DNA from: a virus
Taxonomy: Duplodnaviria; Caudoviricetes
Direction: 5' to 3' (one strand)
DNA: 64,000 nt
IMG/VR virus record: IMGVR_UViG_2671180292_000001
Span: 32,001-96,000 of that record
Part shown: positions 17,101-25,241 of the stretch, piece after piece
Position numbering within the stretch: position 1 is the stretch's first letter
How the letters are laid out: each line of letters opens with the position of its first letter
Made by a program: the position numbers and the translations under genes
The notes under the pieces: model-generated
What the model saw: only the letters and a program-made list of their open reading frames with translations
Databases searched by the model: none
What the model was told of the DNA's origin: nothing

Positions 17101-18806
17101 GCGTTGTTGACCGCAGTCACGGATGGCGCGTACTGCCCCCGCAAGAGGGCATTGGCTCGCCGGTAGCCCTCCAAATTGTTACCGACGGCCCTTGCGTTCG
17201 CGTTGATCGCTGCGGCGGCACGTTCGGCTGCGGTTTCCGTCTGCGCGACATGCAAGGCGAAGACGGCGAGCGCGGCACCGGCGGCGAGGTAAATGTTGGG
17301 CCCCGCGCGTGTGGCCGCGTTCAACAGCTTGGTCCCCAGACCCGCGCCCCGCGTGGCGGCGTTGAACTCCTTGACACCCTTCACGCTCCGACCGAGCATG
17401 CCGCCGATCGCACCCACCGGGGCACGCAGTGCCAGCGCCAGCACCGCGGCCTGTGTCAGCCCAGGCGCGAGATCATCCACGGCGGTGATCAGCTGCAGCA
17501 GCATGGTCACGGCACCCATGCCGACCGGGACCAGCGGACCCAGCGCAGTGATCAACGAGGCGACGGCTGCGCCGGTGTCCATGAGCAGCCCGGTGACGGC
17601 TTCCAGCGCGGGAGCGGCCTGCTGCTCCATGTCCCGGAAGAACTGCGTCGCCCGAGGGGAGTCCCACCCCCGCCCAAGATCAATCAAAGAGTTGGACAGT
17701 CCTTGGAACGCCGCCTTGGCCAGCGGCTCCAGCCGGGGCAGCATGCGGGCGGTCTCCGACAACACCCCGTTGTAGGCCCGCAAGCTGTCGGGGGCCAGCT
17801 CGGCAGAAAGATCCTTGAAATCATCCACCAACTGCCTGGTGGCGACCGACGCGATCCGCTCCTCACGCGACAGCGCGTCCCACAGGTCAGCCATCTCCTC
17901 CTGGCTCTTTATGACCCGTACCAGGGTGGGAATAGCCAGGCCGACCCCCGCGGCGAGCCCGAGGCCGCCTGCAGCCACCACAGGGGCCAGCGTCGCCGCA
18001 GCCGCGATAGCCGACACCAGCACCGCCAGTCGGCCGCTGAAGCTATCCAGGCTCAATCCAGCGCGGTCGGTGCGCCTACCCAGGTCCTCAACGCCGCGCC
18101 CGAGGTCCTCGAGGACGCCGCTGCCGCCGCGTCGGCCGAGGCCCTCGAACGCGTTCCGCACACCGACCACTGCGGCGAGCAGACGGGACCGTAGCGAGGT
18201 AGCAGCCCGATCAGAGGAGTGTGTGACGTTGTCGACGGAGCGTGTGACCTTGTCGATCTCCACTGTGTCGAGATCGAAAAGCGCCTCCTGAACTGCCTCG
18301 ACCTGATGCCGTAGTCGGACGATCTTGCCGTCGTCGATGTCGAACAGCATCCCCTGCCCATCGAGCATGGGAATGTCCCGGACCGCGTCGGCCGCCGCCT
18401 TCGTGCCCTTACGTGCCTTCTCCGCAGCCTCCGCAGCACCACCAAGGCTTTCCTTGGCCTTCTCAGCACCCTTCGCAAGATCCGTTGACGCTTTGGCGGC
18501 TTTCTCCGCAGCCTTCGCGGCGCGATCAAGGTTGGTACCGGCCTTCGCTGCCCCCTTGGCAAGATCCGAAGACGCCGCCTTAGCTGCCTTACGGATCGAA
18601 ACAGCAGCCTTCTCCGCGCTGCCGCCTACCTCCTTGTCGATGGTGTCACCGAGAGCAGCGGCAGCTAGCTCGGTGCGGTCGAGTTCGGCTTGAGCTTTCT
18701 TCGCAGCGGCGCGGACCCGCTTCTCAAGGCCACGCTTAATGTCCTCGTCGAGGTTGTCGAAATCAACCTCGAGCGCGACGTACGCCTTGGCGAGCTCCCC
18801 GGCCAC
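14199..18806 (-). CDS. Tape measure protein (1535 aa)
   Basis: Long Ala-rich helical ORF after chaperones; AYVALEVDF start; GPGTGTSDSI and IKSPSRV motifs. Confidence 0.93.
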   Translation of the reverse strand: MAGELAKAYVALEVDFDNLDEDIKRGLEKRVRAAAKKAQAELDRTELAAAALGDTIDKEVGGSAEKAAVSIRKAAKAASSDLAKGAAKAGTNLDRAAKAAEKAAKASTDLAKGAEKAKESLGGAAEAAEKARKGTKAAADAVRDIPMLDGQGMLFDIDDGKIVRLRHQVEAVQEALFDLDTVEIDKVTRSVDNVTHSSDRAATSLRSRLLAAVVGVRNAFEGLGRRGGSGVLEDLGRGVEDLGRRTDRAGLSLDSFSGRLAVLVSAIAAAATLAPVVAAGGLGLAAGVGLAIPTLVRVIKSQEEMADLWDALSREERIASVATRQLVDDFKDLSAELAPDSLRAYNGVLSETARMLPRLEPLAKAAFQGLSNSLIDLGRGWDSPRATQFFRDMEQQAAPALEAVTGLLMDTGAAVASLITALGPLVPVGMGAVTMLLQLITAVDDLAPGLTQAAVLALALRAPVGAIGGMLGRSVKGVKEFNAATRGAGLGTKLLNAATRAGPNIYLAAGAALAVFALHVAQTETAAERAAAAINANARAVGNNLEGYRRANALLRGQYAPSVTAVNNALGQLNQSVNANNVAMLQAAQANQNLDSTYRAAGQKIEENDRKFRNVTEAAKLLAREYGITQKAAIQLANAAGVDLSRGVVESGSLIASAADKIGQYRDAANVAKSSTEVLDELFETMGNTALGAADRVDALNGALNRLANPAVQFADAGVRMRKAETDLEKALRKTNLTADQRQEKATEYARSLLTYTEAEFAATESTRRSEKAYKDNRVELEKALRKTREGPELLAALEETFGRLGVKAEEAAGGVRGAKDAVEKLAGLDVAGGLAEAGAQAGLLGASAGGAAGNVGTLAIEADKAGKKGKNAALGLSEAAAQAGNLAGSASTAAGPVGGLATQTDRAGRNGLTAAGGLSAAAQQAAGLTGKAGEAATRAALLAAESSRIGRGGLSAAAGMSEAAAQAGHLSGTASTAAANVGSLAQTAQGAGGKAATAAGKVRSLGAQINNLPKSKSIDITANTAPARGALASFLALIGQQRPSIPVAIRAPGTAGATGGLLSSGVIRRAGGGPVRQPRGGGVLRGPGTGTSDSILALIDKGRRGLAWLSNFEFIVNAKSTRKYLPLLQAINADRFASGGQVRGRVPGYATGGKISGKVTRAPMVDIGALLGADIRRGLRGSAKAIAAEVERIRKSLEKKLLAIGESVGRDFVKTISTGSASQINTAFRSLEKRITAAFRGIRTTVDDRLVARLDKQNKKLSDLAKRRDKLRAQIEEATQLAADVTSRARDFANLARFDDAQQASARTIADTLRQRLRAIQDFQRNIETLARKGLDKGALRQIVEAGVDEGGSLARMLATASQGELNQISSLQRQIDKATKSLGTQSADLLFDAGRAAGKGFLAGLKAEEKEIIKLMTEIAKSVSQTVKKTLKIKSPSRVLERDGMNTMAGYILGIRKLAARARSAVATAVQPALATAARMTPPRAATAGAPAYARPTGPREVHHHNNQFTINQAYDPRTVAHQIETRLLAAVR

Positions 18807-18827
18807 CCGGCCCCCTCGGGAAGGGAC

Positions 18828-18862
18828 GTCCGGCCCTCAGCTCAGCGACTGCTCTAAGGCTA
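18828..18862 (-). promoter_or_regulatory. Late-gene leader motif with upstream -10 (TAGCCT)
   Basis: Minus strand TAGCCT..GTCGCTGAGCTGAGGGCCGGAC upstream of TMP. Confidence 0.5.
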
Positions 18863-19444
18863 CGCCGAACCCACGCGGGAGCCGCCGATCCTGCCGCCCG
18901 ACGTGGACAGGGCGGCCATGAACGCGTCGCCTTCCTCCTCCGGGGTCCACAACGGCGACACATCCAGATCCACCCCCGGTGGCGGGGTTTCGAGCTGTGC
19001 GTCGAACCGCTCCCGGCCCTGCTCGTCCGCCCCGGCCGTGAGCCACGCGTGCACCACGTTGCAGACCTTCGCCGGCCGGTCCAGCAGCCCCTGCAAGTCC
19101 ACACCCCGCAGCGCGAGCAGGCCGTCAAGGTCAGCCCACTCAACGGCGAGGGTGCCATACAGGCGCTGCGCGACCCACCATCGGCGGCCGGTCGCCTGCT
19201 CGACCACACGCTCGGCGACCCGCTGCACATCCCACAGCATCAGCGGGTCCTCATCGTCCTCCAGACGGTCGTCCAGAGCGTCAGCGTCCTCGACGTCGAG
19301 CAGCGCGTACAGCACGCCCGTGTGCCACCCGGCGGTGGGCAGATGCTCCAGCAGGCACGACCACGGGCCGGTCAGCTCGTACACCTCGTTGTCGAGTTCA
19401 AACGACTTGGGCGGTCCTCCCAGGGCCGCCCGCCACGCCTCCAC
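18860..19444 (-). CDS. Tail assembly chaperone, second part (gpT-like)
   Basis: Directly before TMP; ATGRRWW..RL...W..LDG motif; in frame with the preceding gene. Confidence 0.7.
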   Translation of the reverse strand: MEAWRAALGGPPKSFELDNEVYELTGPWSCLLEHLPTAGWHTGVLYALLDVEDADALDDRLEDDEDPLMLWDVQRVAERVVEQATGRRWWVAQRLYGTLAVEWADLDGLLALRGVDLQGLLDRPAKVCNVVHAWLTAGADEQGRERFDAQLETPPPGVDLDVSPLWTPEEEGDAFMAALSTSGGRIGGSRVGSA

Positions 19445-19885
19445 CTACCGGCGGGCCCGAGCCCGCGCCCTCGCCGGACGCGTCTCCTGGTTGTCCTTGG
19501 CGAGGACGTCGACGATCCGGCCGAGGATGTCGTACAGGTCTTCCAGCCGGAACGGGTCGGTGTCGTCGTCCAGGCGTGCCTGCAACCTGGACGCCGAGGA
19601 CGGGGTCAGGACCTTCCGTAGGAACGCCGACCCGGCATACAGGCGGTCGGCGATGGTCGCCCGCCGTGCCTCAGCCTCCGCCAGCGCCGCCATCGTTTCC
19701 TCGAGCTTGTGCGGGCGGACAACGTGGTAGATCTCCCCGTCTAGATCGAACGGGATCGTCCGCGCGGCGACGTCCTCGACCTTCTCGTCCCGCTTCGGTG
19801 TGGTGAACACCAACTCGGGTGCGACTACCACACCCTCGATCGCGTCCTCGTCTTTGGTCGCTACCGCGTTCTCGGCCACGCCCAC
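19445..19885 (-). CDS. Tail assembly chaperone (gpG-like)
   Basis: IPFDLDGE and RLDDDTDPF..EDL motifs; position in tail block. Confidence 0.7.
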   Translation of the reverse strand: MGVAENAVATKDEDAIEGVVVAPELVFTTPKRDEKVEDVAARTIPFDLDGEIYHVVRPHKLEETMAALAEAEARRATIADRLYAGSAFLRKVLTPSSASRLQARLDDDTDPFRLEDLYDILGRIVDVLAKDNQETRPARARARARR

Positions 19886-19907
19886 GCCCCCTCATTGTCC
19901 TGATCAG

Positions 19908-20351
19908 CTAGCGTTCGCGCACAGGGTACGGCGAAACCGCCTTGAAGGCGCGCACGAGCCACTTGTCGCCCTTGACGCCCGCCACGGACTTGGCGAACAC
20001 GACCGGCCTGCTGCCCTTCGCGGCCTTCCCGCTTTTGACCTCGAACCTCAAGAATTTCGCCCGCACTGGCGTGATCCGCCGCCGCTTCGGGCCGAACATG
20101 CCGGTGCCTTCGTGCTGCCAGTACATGTAGGTCAGCGGGGAGCCGATCCTGCTGATGACCCGTGTCGCGTGGATGTCGATGGTGTGGTGGATGCTCGCCC
20201 TGCCCTGGCCCTCGTCAACCCGCGCGTTGCGTTTGGCTTGGTTCACGGTGCGGCGGGAGATCCGATCGGCGTGCCGTACGACGGGCCCGCTCCGCGCCTG
20301 TGTCAACCGCCGGTACTCGGCCTGGTTGATCGTGACCCGGACCCTCGCCAC
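19908..20351 (-). CDS. Neck / tail-completion protein (HK97 gp10-like)
   Basis: VDEGQGRASI, YWQHEGT, ITPVRAKFLRF, VFAKSV motifs. Confidence 0.75.
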   Translation of the reverse strand: MARVRVTINQAEYRRLTQARSGPVVRHADRISRRTVNQAKRNARVDEGQGRASIHHTIDIHATRVISRIGSPLTYMYWQHEGTGMFGPKRRRITPVRAKFLRFEVKSGKAAKGSRPVVFAKSVAGVKGDKWLVRAFKAVSPYPVRER

Positions 20352-20368
20352 CGCAGCCCCCTCTCCTG

Positions 20369-20863
20369 TCAACCCGGGCAGCAGTCGCCGATGAGCACGG
20401 TCACGGTTATCCGCCCGCCGGCCATGCCACCCTGCGGGGGGATCGGCTCCCACGGACCGACGACCATCAACCGGTCGTCATCAGCGAAGCAGCAGTTCAC
20501 GGCTTGGCGCATCGCGGCGGCGTCATCGAGCTGCACCTCAACGTCACGCCGCACCTGGTCACACGACGGTGGTCGGCCGTCGTCGTCGATCGTCGCGACA
20601 CACCGGAACACGCCGAGCTCCAACTCGACGCCCCATTCGTTCGCCGGGCAGGACTCCACGTCGAACGCCTGCGCGGGGAACCGCCCCCCGGACGGGTAGA
20701 TGCGGACCACCCGCACCCACGCATGCTCCACGTCGGCGACGGCCGGGCCGAGAGACAGGCAGCAGCCGCACTCCGGCATCCCGCCGACCGTTTCGGCGAG
20801 CAGGGGGCAGAAGCAGCCCAGGAGTTCCTCGGCGAGGGGCAGCACAGCGGTGTCGAGGGTCAC
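20369..20863 (-). CDS. Tail terminator-like protein
   Basis: AWVRVVRIYP...ELGVFRC...PQGGMAGG; GTGA overlap with adaptor stop. Confidence 0.7.
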   Translation of the reverse strand: MTLDTAVLPLAEELLGCFCPLLAETVGGMPECGCCLSLGPAVADVEHAWVRVVRIYPSGGRFPAQAFDVESCPANEWGVELELGVFRCVATIDDDGRPPSCDQVRRDVEVQLDDAAAMRQAVNCCFADDDRLMVVGPWEPIPPQGGMAGGRITVTVLIGDCCPG

Positions 20864-21660
20864 GGCCACGTGGTCCGCCTCGGCGGGGTGTAGTCGGGGC
20901 TGAACACGCGGGATTTCCGCCGCAAGCCCGCAGGGTTGGTCGCACTCAGCCAAATGTCCACTTCGGGGATTCCGGTCCTGCCATGGTCGAGGAAGTCGAA
21001 GGGGTCGAGGAACGTCATCGTGACGCCCTCACGCGTCACCGACTGGACCCGCTTGGGCAGCCGACATCCGGACGCCCCGGTGCATGCTTTGATCAGCTCA
21101 CAGGCGTAGATGCCGTACGCCCACATGGCGGCGTCATCGAGAGGCAGCCCATGTAGGTAGGTCACGCAGAACCCGCCCGCGCCTTCCACGTCGCAGGGTG
21201 CGTGGAGGTCGGGGCAGCGCGGCCAGCACACCCCGTCCGTCCGTACCAACTCGCGATGGTTATCGACCCGGTACACCTCGGCCGGGATCTCGACTCCGTC
21301 CACGAGCACGCGGACGATGTCCTGGACCGGCCCGTCCAGCACGACGGAGCAGACCTTGCAGCAGGAGCAGGTGTCTTCGCAGTCGCAGTCGCCGGACCAG
21401 CAGTTGATCCACGCCCCCGCACTATTGATCATCGGCACGAATGGTGGACCGTACGAAGGCGTGTCGGCGCCGCCGCAGGACTTGCCGCACGGGCGAACGG
21501 TCACCTCGCACAGGCCGTAGCGGGCCCCCGATAGGCGATGCAAGATCTGGGCGGCGACCTTGCCCACCCGCTCCCTCAGCTCCGGTGCCGCCCCATCCCA
21601 GGCCTCGCAGCAGGTGACGTCCGGCTCTGGCCAGCACGGCGTGTGATCCCCGGTGCTCAT
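20860..21660 (-). CDS. Head-to-tail adaptor
   Basis: LHRLSG.RYG.C..TVRPC, CRLPKRVQSVTREGV, TGIPEVDIW motifs. Confidence 0.8.
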   Translation of the reverse strand: MSTGDHTPCWPEPDVTCCEAWDGAAPELRERVGKVAAQILHRLSGARYGLCEVTVRPCGKSCGGADTPSYGPPFVPMINSAGAWINCWSGDCDCEDTCSCCKVCSVVLDGPVQDIVRVLVDGVEIPAEVYRVDNHRELVRTDGVCWPRCPDLHAPCDVEGAGGFCVTYLHGLPLDDAAMWAYGIYACELIKACTGASGCRLPKRVQSVTREGVTMTFLDPFDFLDHGRTGIPEVDIWLSATNPAGLRRKSRVFSPDYTPPRRTTWP

Positions 21661-22349
21661 CGCGCCCCCTCATAGCGGCAAGGGCGGGGGAACCGCGCTC
21701 GTACATGCCGCCCGGCCTCGCCTCGCCACGCGGTGGGCAGCGTCGACAGGAACGTCCACTCCTCCGGCACCGCCGCGCGGGGGTCGATGAGTTTGACGTC
21801 GGCGGTCTGCTCGCCACCGATCCGACTGAGGTTCCCGTACATCGATCGTTTGTGTAGGACGTCCAGCCGCCGGCCCAGGTCGAGCGCTCGGAGCATGCCC
21901 GCCTTCGACACCGGGAGGGGGACGTGCAGCTCATACGACAGCGGATCCGGGCGGCCGAGCTCGGCGAGCAGCGCCCGGGTTTCGCGCATGCCCCGCAGGT
22001 ACGCCCCGGAGCTGCGGGCCTCGTAGTACGCCTCGACGTCGCGGACGGGGCCACGGTGCAGCACGGGCACCTCCGAGATCGGGCGGAGCACGAACATGTC
22101 GTCGTTGGCGAGGATGAACGGGTCGCTGATCTCCAGGTGCTCGCACGCCACCCGCACGGCGAGCGTGGTGTTCCGATATTTCGATCCGAGCTGCCTGGTC
22201 GGCACATGCCTCACCCCCCGGACCCAGGACGGGCGGTAGCCGACGAGCCAGACCCGGCCATGCGGCACATGCGCGGCGATGCTGCGTAGCGCGTACCGCA
22301 GTTCCTCGGCTGGCTCTCCGACTCGTACGGGGATCACCCAGTCCACCAC
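21657..22349 (-). CDS. Stealth/glycosyltransferase-like protein inside the virion operon
   Basis: EELRYALRSI and FILANDDMF resemble Stealth conserved regions; ATGA overlap with adaptor. Confidence 0.6.
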   Translation of the reverse strand: MVDWVIPVRVGEPAEELRYALRSIAAHVPHGRVWLVGYRPSWVRGVRHVPTRQLGSKYRNTTLAVRVACEHLEISDPFILANDDMFVLRPISEVPVLHRGPVRDVEAYYEARSSGAYLRGMRETRALLAELGRPDPLSYELHVPLPVSKAGMLRALDLGRRLDVLHKRSMYGNLSRIGGEQTADVKLIDPRAAVPEEWTFLSTLPTAWRGEAGRHVRARFPRPCRYEGAR

Positions 22350-22356
22350 TCGCCCC

Positions 22357-23061
22357 TTAGGAGGGGTCGAGGACGAGTTCCTGGCAGCCGCACTCCGGCT
22401 CGGGCGGCGCCACGCTGGTCGCGTGGATGTCGAGGTGGTCTTCCGGACCGATGGGGGTCAGCAGCGGGCCAGCGGTCGGCGGGGTCGCGTTGTCGGTGGG
22501 ATCCACCGCATACGGCCCGTTCTGCCAGTTGCCGCCCTTCTCCGTCCGGGCAGTGATCTCGAACGTCGCACCGTCGTTCTCGATCGCGAACGAGTTGAGG
22601 ATCGCCGACTTCACCCAGGGAGCGAGGAAGTAGCCGTACAGGCGGTTGCCGGTCTCCGCGCAGCGCTGCGACGGGATGTCCGACCACACCTCCAAGGCCA
22701 CCCCGCCATCGCAGAGGATTTTCTGCCCGATTCGGTTACCGACGGGGTTGCCCGCGTAGTCGAGGACCGTCTGGTAGCCCGTCATTAGCGTGAACAGGTC
22801 AGGGTCGACCCCACAGAACGTGATCGTGAGGTTGATCCACTTCAACTCGTCGCACGCTTTGTCCGATATGCACAGTTCACCGGCTGCATTTTTCACCTCC
22901 ACCTCGTCGCCTTCTGAAATTTCGGCGGAGTAGGCGACGGAGACGAAGCCCTTGGAGACGACCTGAGAGCACGGACCCTCGACCGGGGTGCCGCACTCGT
23001 CCAGCTTGGTGACCCGCATCACGCGGCCACGCACCGACTGCCAACAAGTCAAGTCGGACAC
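22357..23061 (-). CDS. Major tail (tube) protein
   Basis: MRVTKLDECG, KNAAGELC, FCGVDPD, ALEVWS, YGYFLAPW motifs. Confidence 0.88.
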   Translation of the reverse strand: MSDLTCWQSVRGRVMRVTKLDECGTPVEGPCSQVVSKGFVSVAYSAEISEGDEVEVKNAAGELCISDKACDELKWINLTITFCGVDPDLFTLMTGYQTVLDYAGNPVGNRIGQKILCDGGVALEVWSDIPSQRCAETGNRLYGYFLAPWVKSAILNSFAIENDGATFEITARTEKGGNWQNGPYAVDPTDNATPPTAGPLLTPIGPEDHLDIHATSVAPPEPECGCQELVLDPS

Positions 23062-23079
23062 TCCTCGACGGAGAAGAGC

Positions 23080-23114
23080 GCCCGGCCCTCGTACCAGCGG
23101 CTAAATCAAGATTA
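23080..23114 (-). promoter_or_regulatory. Late-gene leader motif with upstream -10 (TAATCT)
   Basis: Minus strand TAATCT..TAGCCGCTGGTACGAGGGCCGGGC. Confidence 0.65.
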
Positions 23115-23245
23115 CCGCCACGCAGGGCAGCGTGCCGAGAGCACAAACGGCCTCATTCCTCTGTCCACCAGGGTCTTTCGCAGGGTGCCCCGGCCTTCAG
23201 GCCGGGGGTGAATGCGACCCCTGCGGAGCAGGGCAAGGAAAGCCG

Positions 23246-23398
23246 TTACGCCTCTTGGGCGGAACGGCGTTCAGCCTCTTCGACGGCACGCCGCACTACG
23301 GCGATCAACCAGGAGTTCAGGGAGCGGTCGTCGGCGGCGGCAGCGGCCTTGGCGCGCTCGTGCAGATCGTCGGGCAGTCTCAGGTTCACATGCTTCAT
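23246..23398 (-). CDS. Arc/CopG-like ribbon-helix-helix protein (50 aa; not in ORF track)
   Basis: MKHVNLRLPDDLHERAKAAAAADDRSLNSWLIAVVRRAV; divergent from tnpB, 28 bp apart. Confidence 0.75.
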   Translation of the reverse strand: MKHVNLRLPDDLHERAKAAAAADDRSLNSWLIAVVRRAVEEAERRSAQEA

Positions 23399-23426
23399 GG
23401 GATCATTGTGATGCTAAGATGGTCCC

Positions 23427-24617
23427 ATGTCGAGGTTTCGGATGTACCCCACGCCGCAGCAGGAGCAGCAGATGCTTCTGCACTGCGCGCACGCCCGGTA
23501 CGTGTGGAACCTCGCTGTCGAACAGCAGTCGTTTTGGCGTCCGGGCCGCAGGTCCGCGCCAGGGTTCGCCGAGCAGTGCCGCCAGCTCACCGAGGCCCGC
23601 GCCGTGTTCGACTGGCTGCGCGCCGGGTCGGTGAACATCCAGCAGCAGGCGCTCAGGGACTTCGCCCAGGCGATGGCGAACTACTTCGCCGGGACGCACA
23701 GGCGGCCGACCTGGCGCAAGGCGGGACGGCATGAGGGATTCCGTGTCGTCGGCAAGGATTACCGCGTACGCAAGGTATCCCGGAAGGTCGGCGAGGTCTG
23801 GGTGCCCAAAGCGGGATGGGTGCGGTTCCGCCTGTCACGCCCGCTTCCACCGGAAGCGAAGTCGTACCGGATCACCCGGGACCGTGCGGGCCGTTGGCAC
23901 GTGGCGTTCGCCGTCGCGCCACACCCGATCCCCGCGCCGGGCACGGGCGAGATAGTCGGGGTGGACCGGGGTGTCGCCGTGTCGGTGGCGCTGTCCACCG
24001 GGGAACTGCTGACCGCGCCAGGCCTGCGCGAGACGGAGAAAGCACGGCTGCGCCGGTTGCAGCGGAAACTCGCCCGAGCTAAGCGAGGATCTAACCGGCG
24101 GGCGCGGGTCAAGCTGGCCATCGCCCGGCTGAGGGCCCGTGAGAGCGATCGGCGCAAGGACTGGGTGGAGAAGACCTCCACCGACCTCGCGCGCCGGTTC
24201 GACATGATCGTCGTCGAGGACCTGAAGATCTCCAACATGATCCGCTCGGCGAAAGGCACCCTCGACGCGCCGGGCCGTAACGTCCGGCAGAAGTCTGGGC
24301 TCAACCGGAGCATCCTCGCCGCCGGGTGGGGACAGCTCGTAACCCGCCTGGAGCACAAGGCTCCGGGAAGGGTCGTGAAGGTCAATCCCGCGTACACGAG
24401 CCAGCGTTGCTCGGCGTGCGGGATCGTGGACCGGGAAGCGCGCGAGAGCCAAGCACGTTACCGGTGCCGGTCCTGCGGATACGCCGCCAACGCTGATGTG
24501 AACGCGGCCAGGAACATCAGGGATACCGCCGCAGGGCATGCGGTGGCTGCGCGGGAAGGGCTTCGGGTTGCCGGGCCGATGCACCGCGAACCTCAGCCCG
24601 TCCTCCTCTCTGTGTAG
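23427..24617 (+). CDS. tnpB: RNA-guided endonuclease TnpB
   Basis: GVDRG, VEDL, TSQRCSACG..CRSCG, NADVNAARNI; RuvC D-E-D intact. Confidence 0.95.
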   Translation: MSRFRMYPTPQQEQQMLLHCAHARYVWNLAVEQQSFWRPGRRSAPGFAEQCRQLTEARAVFDWLRAGSVNIQQQALRDFAQAMANYFAGTHRRPTWRKAGRHEGFRVVGKDYRVRKVSRKVGEVWVPKAGWVRFRLSRPLPPEAKSYRITRDRAGRWHVAFAVAPHPIPAPGTGEIVGVDRGVAVSVALSTGELLTAPGLRETEKARLRRLQRKLARAKRGSNRRARVKLAIARLRARESDRRKDWVEKTSTDLARRFDMIVVEDLKISNMIRSAKGTLDAPGRNVRQKSGLNRSILAAGWGQLVTRLEHKAPGRVVKVNPAYTSQRCSACGIVDREARESQARYRCRSCGYAANADVNAARNIRDTAAGHAVAAREGLRVAGPMHREPQPVLLSV

Positions 24618-24782
24618 AGCGACGGGTTGGAATCCCCCGCCTTCAGGCGGGGGAGGATGTCAAGTCAGTATCACTGTGCCATCGCCGCTGGCAGGTTCGG
24701 CGAGTGTGATGTCACCGCTGCGGATCTCGTCCGGATCGCCGTCCTCGTTGCAGCTGCCGCTAGCGGCGGCGTGGCAAGCGAT

Positions 24783-24810
24783 GTCCTCCCCGGCGAGAAC
24801 CGGGGAGGAC
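24783..24810 (-). terminator. Strong hairpin after the 19-aa sORF
   Basis: GTCCTCCCCGG-N6-CCGGGGAGGAC, 11-bp perfect stem. Confidence 0.65.
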
Positions 24811-24818
24811 CACCCTGG

Positions 24819-24878
24819 TTAGAGGATGTTCACGAAGATCAGGATGTTGTTCAGCACGTCATTCAGCACGTTGATCAT
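24819..24878 (-). CDS. 19-aa peptide MINVLNDVLNNILIFVNIL
   Basis: GGGAGG RBS, ATG 24878, TAA 24819; nearly all codons end in G/C despite an AT-rich stretch; flanked by hairpins. Confidence 0.6.
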   Translation of the reverse strand: MINVLNDVLNNILIFVNIL

Positions 24879-24932
24879 CTTGTCCTCCCTTCCCTAGTGG
24901 ACCACTCTCCGAGGGCACACCTCGGAGAAGAC

Positions 24933-25238
24933 TTACGGCTCCACTGCGATGCAGTGCACCGTCACCCCCGAGGCCGCGGTTCCGACAGCGAGGACACCCA
25001 GCCCAAGCACCGTTACAGAGGCTGATTGCTGCACGTTGATCGTCGTCGAGTTGGCGGTGTTCGCCGCGATCCGTGCGGAGCGGAATCCGGCCCCGGCCTC
25101 GACCGCCAACGTGACGACCGGCGGCCCAGTGAACGCCCCTGCGGGCCAGTTGAACGTCACGTCCCCTGAGCCATTAGTGACGCCGCGGGCCCGCTCCGCT
25201 CGGGGGGCGGGCCGGGTGTACTCGCCTCCGGTGGGCAC
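24933..25238 (-). CDS. Small beta-rich virion protein (fibre-tip/lectin-like)
   Basis: VTFNWPAGAFTGPPVVT...VHCIAV; last gene of the decoration cluster. Confidence 0.6.
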   Translation of the reverse strand: MPTGGEYTRPAPRAERARGVTNGSGDVTFNWPAGAFTGPPVVTLAVEAGAGFRSARIAANTANSTTINVQQSASVTVLGLGVLAVGTAASGVTVHCIAVEP

Positions 25239-25241
25239 CGG

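Larger units (their letters stand above)
23170..24663 (+). mobile_element. Non-autonomous IS200/IS605-family element: tnpB plus divergent RHH gene (left boundary approximate)
   Basis: Left hairpin CCCCGGCC-TTCA-GGCCGGGG 23188-23207; right hairpin 24633-24654; TCAA end at 24663. Confidence 0.8.

Noticed and set aside
19445-19500. Canonical -1 slippery site in the tail chaperone
   Set aside because: No XXXYYYZ heptamer seen near the stop, and the downstream ORF is in the 0 frame.
24664-24775. Acidic open frame (…SCNEDGDPDEIRSGD…) beside the TnpB right end
   Set aside because: No start codon after the hairpin; cannot be supported as a gene.
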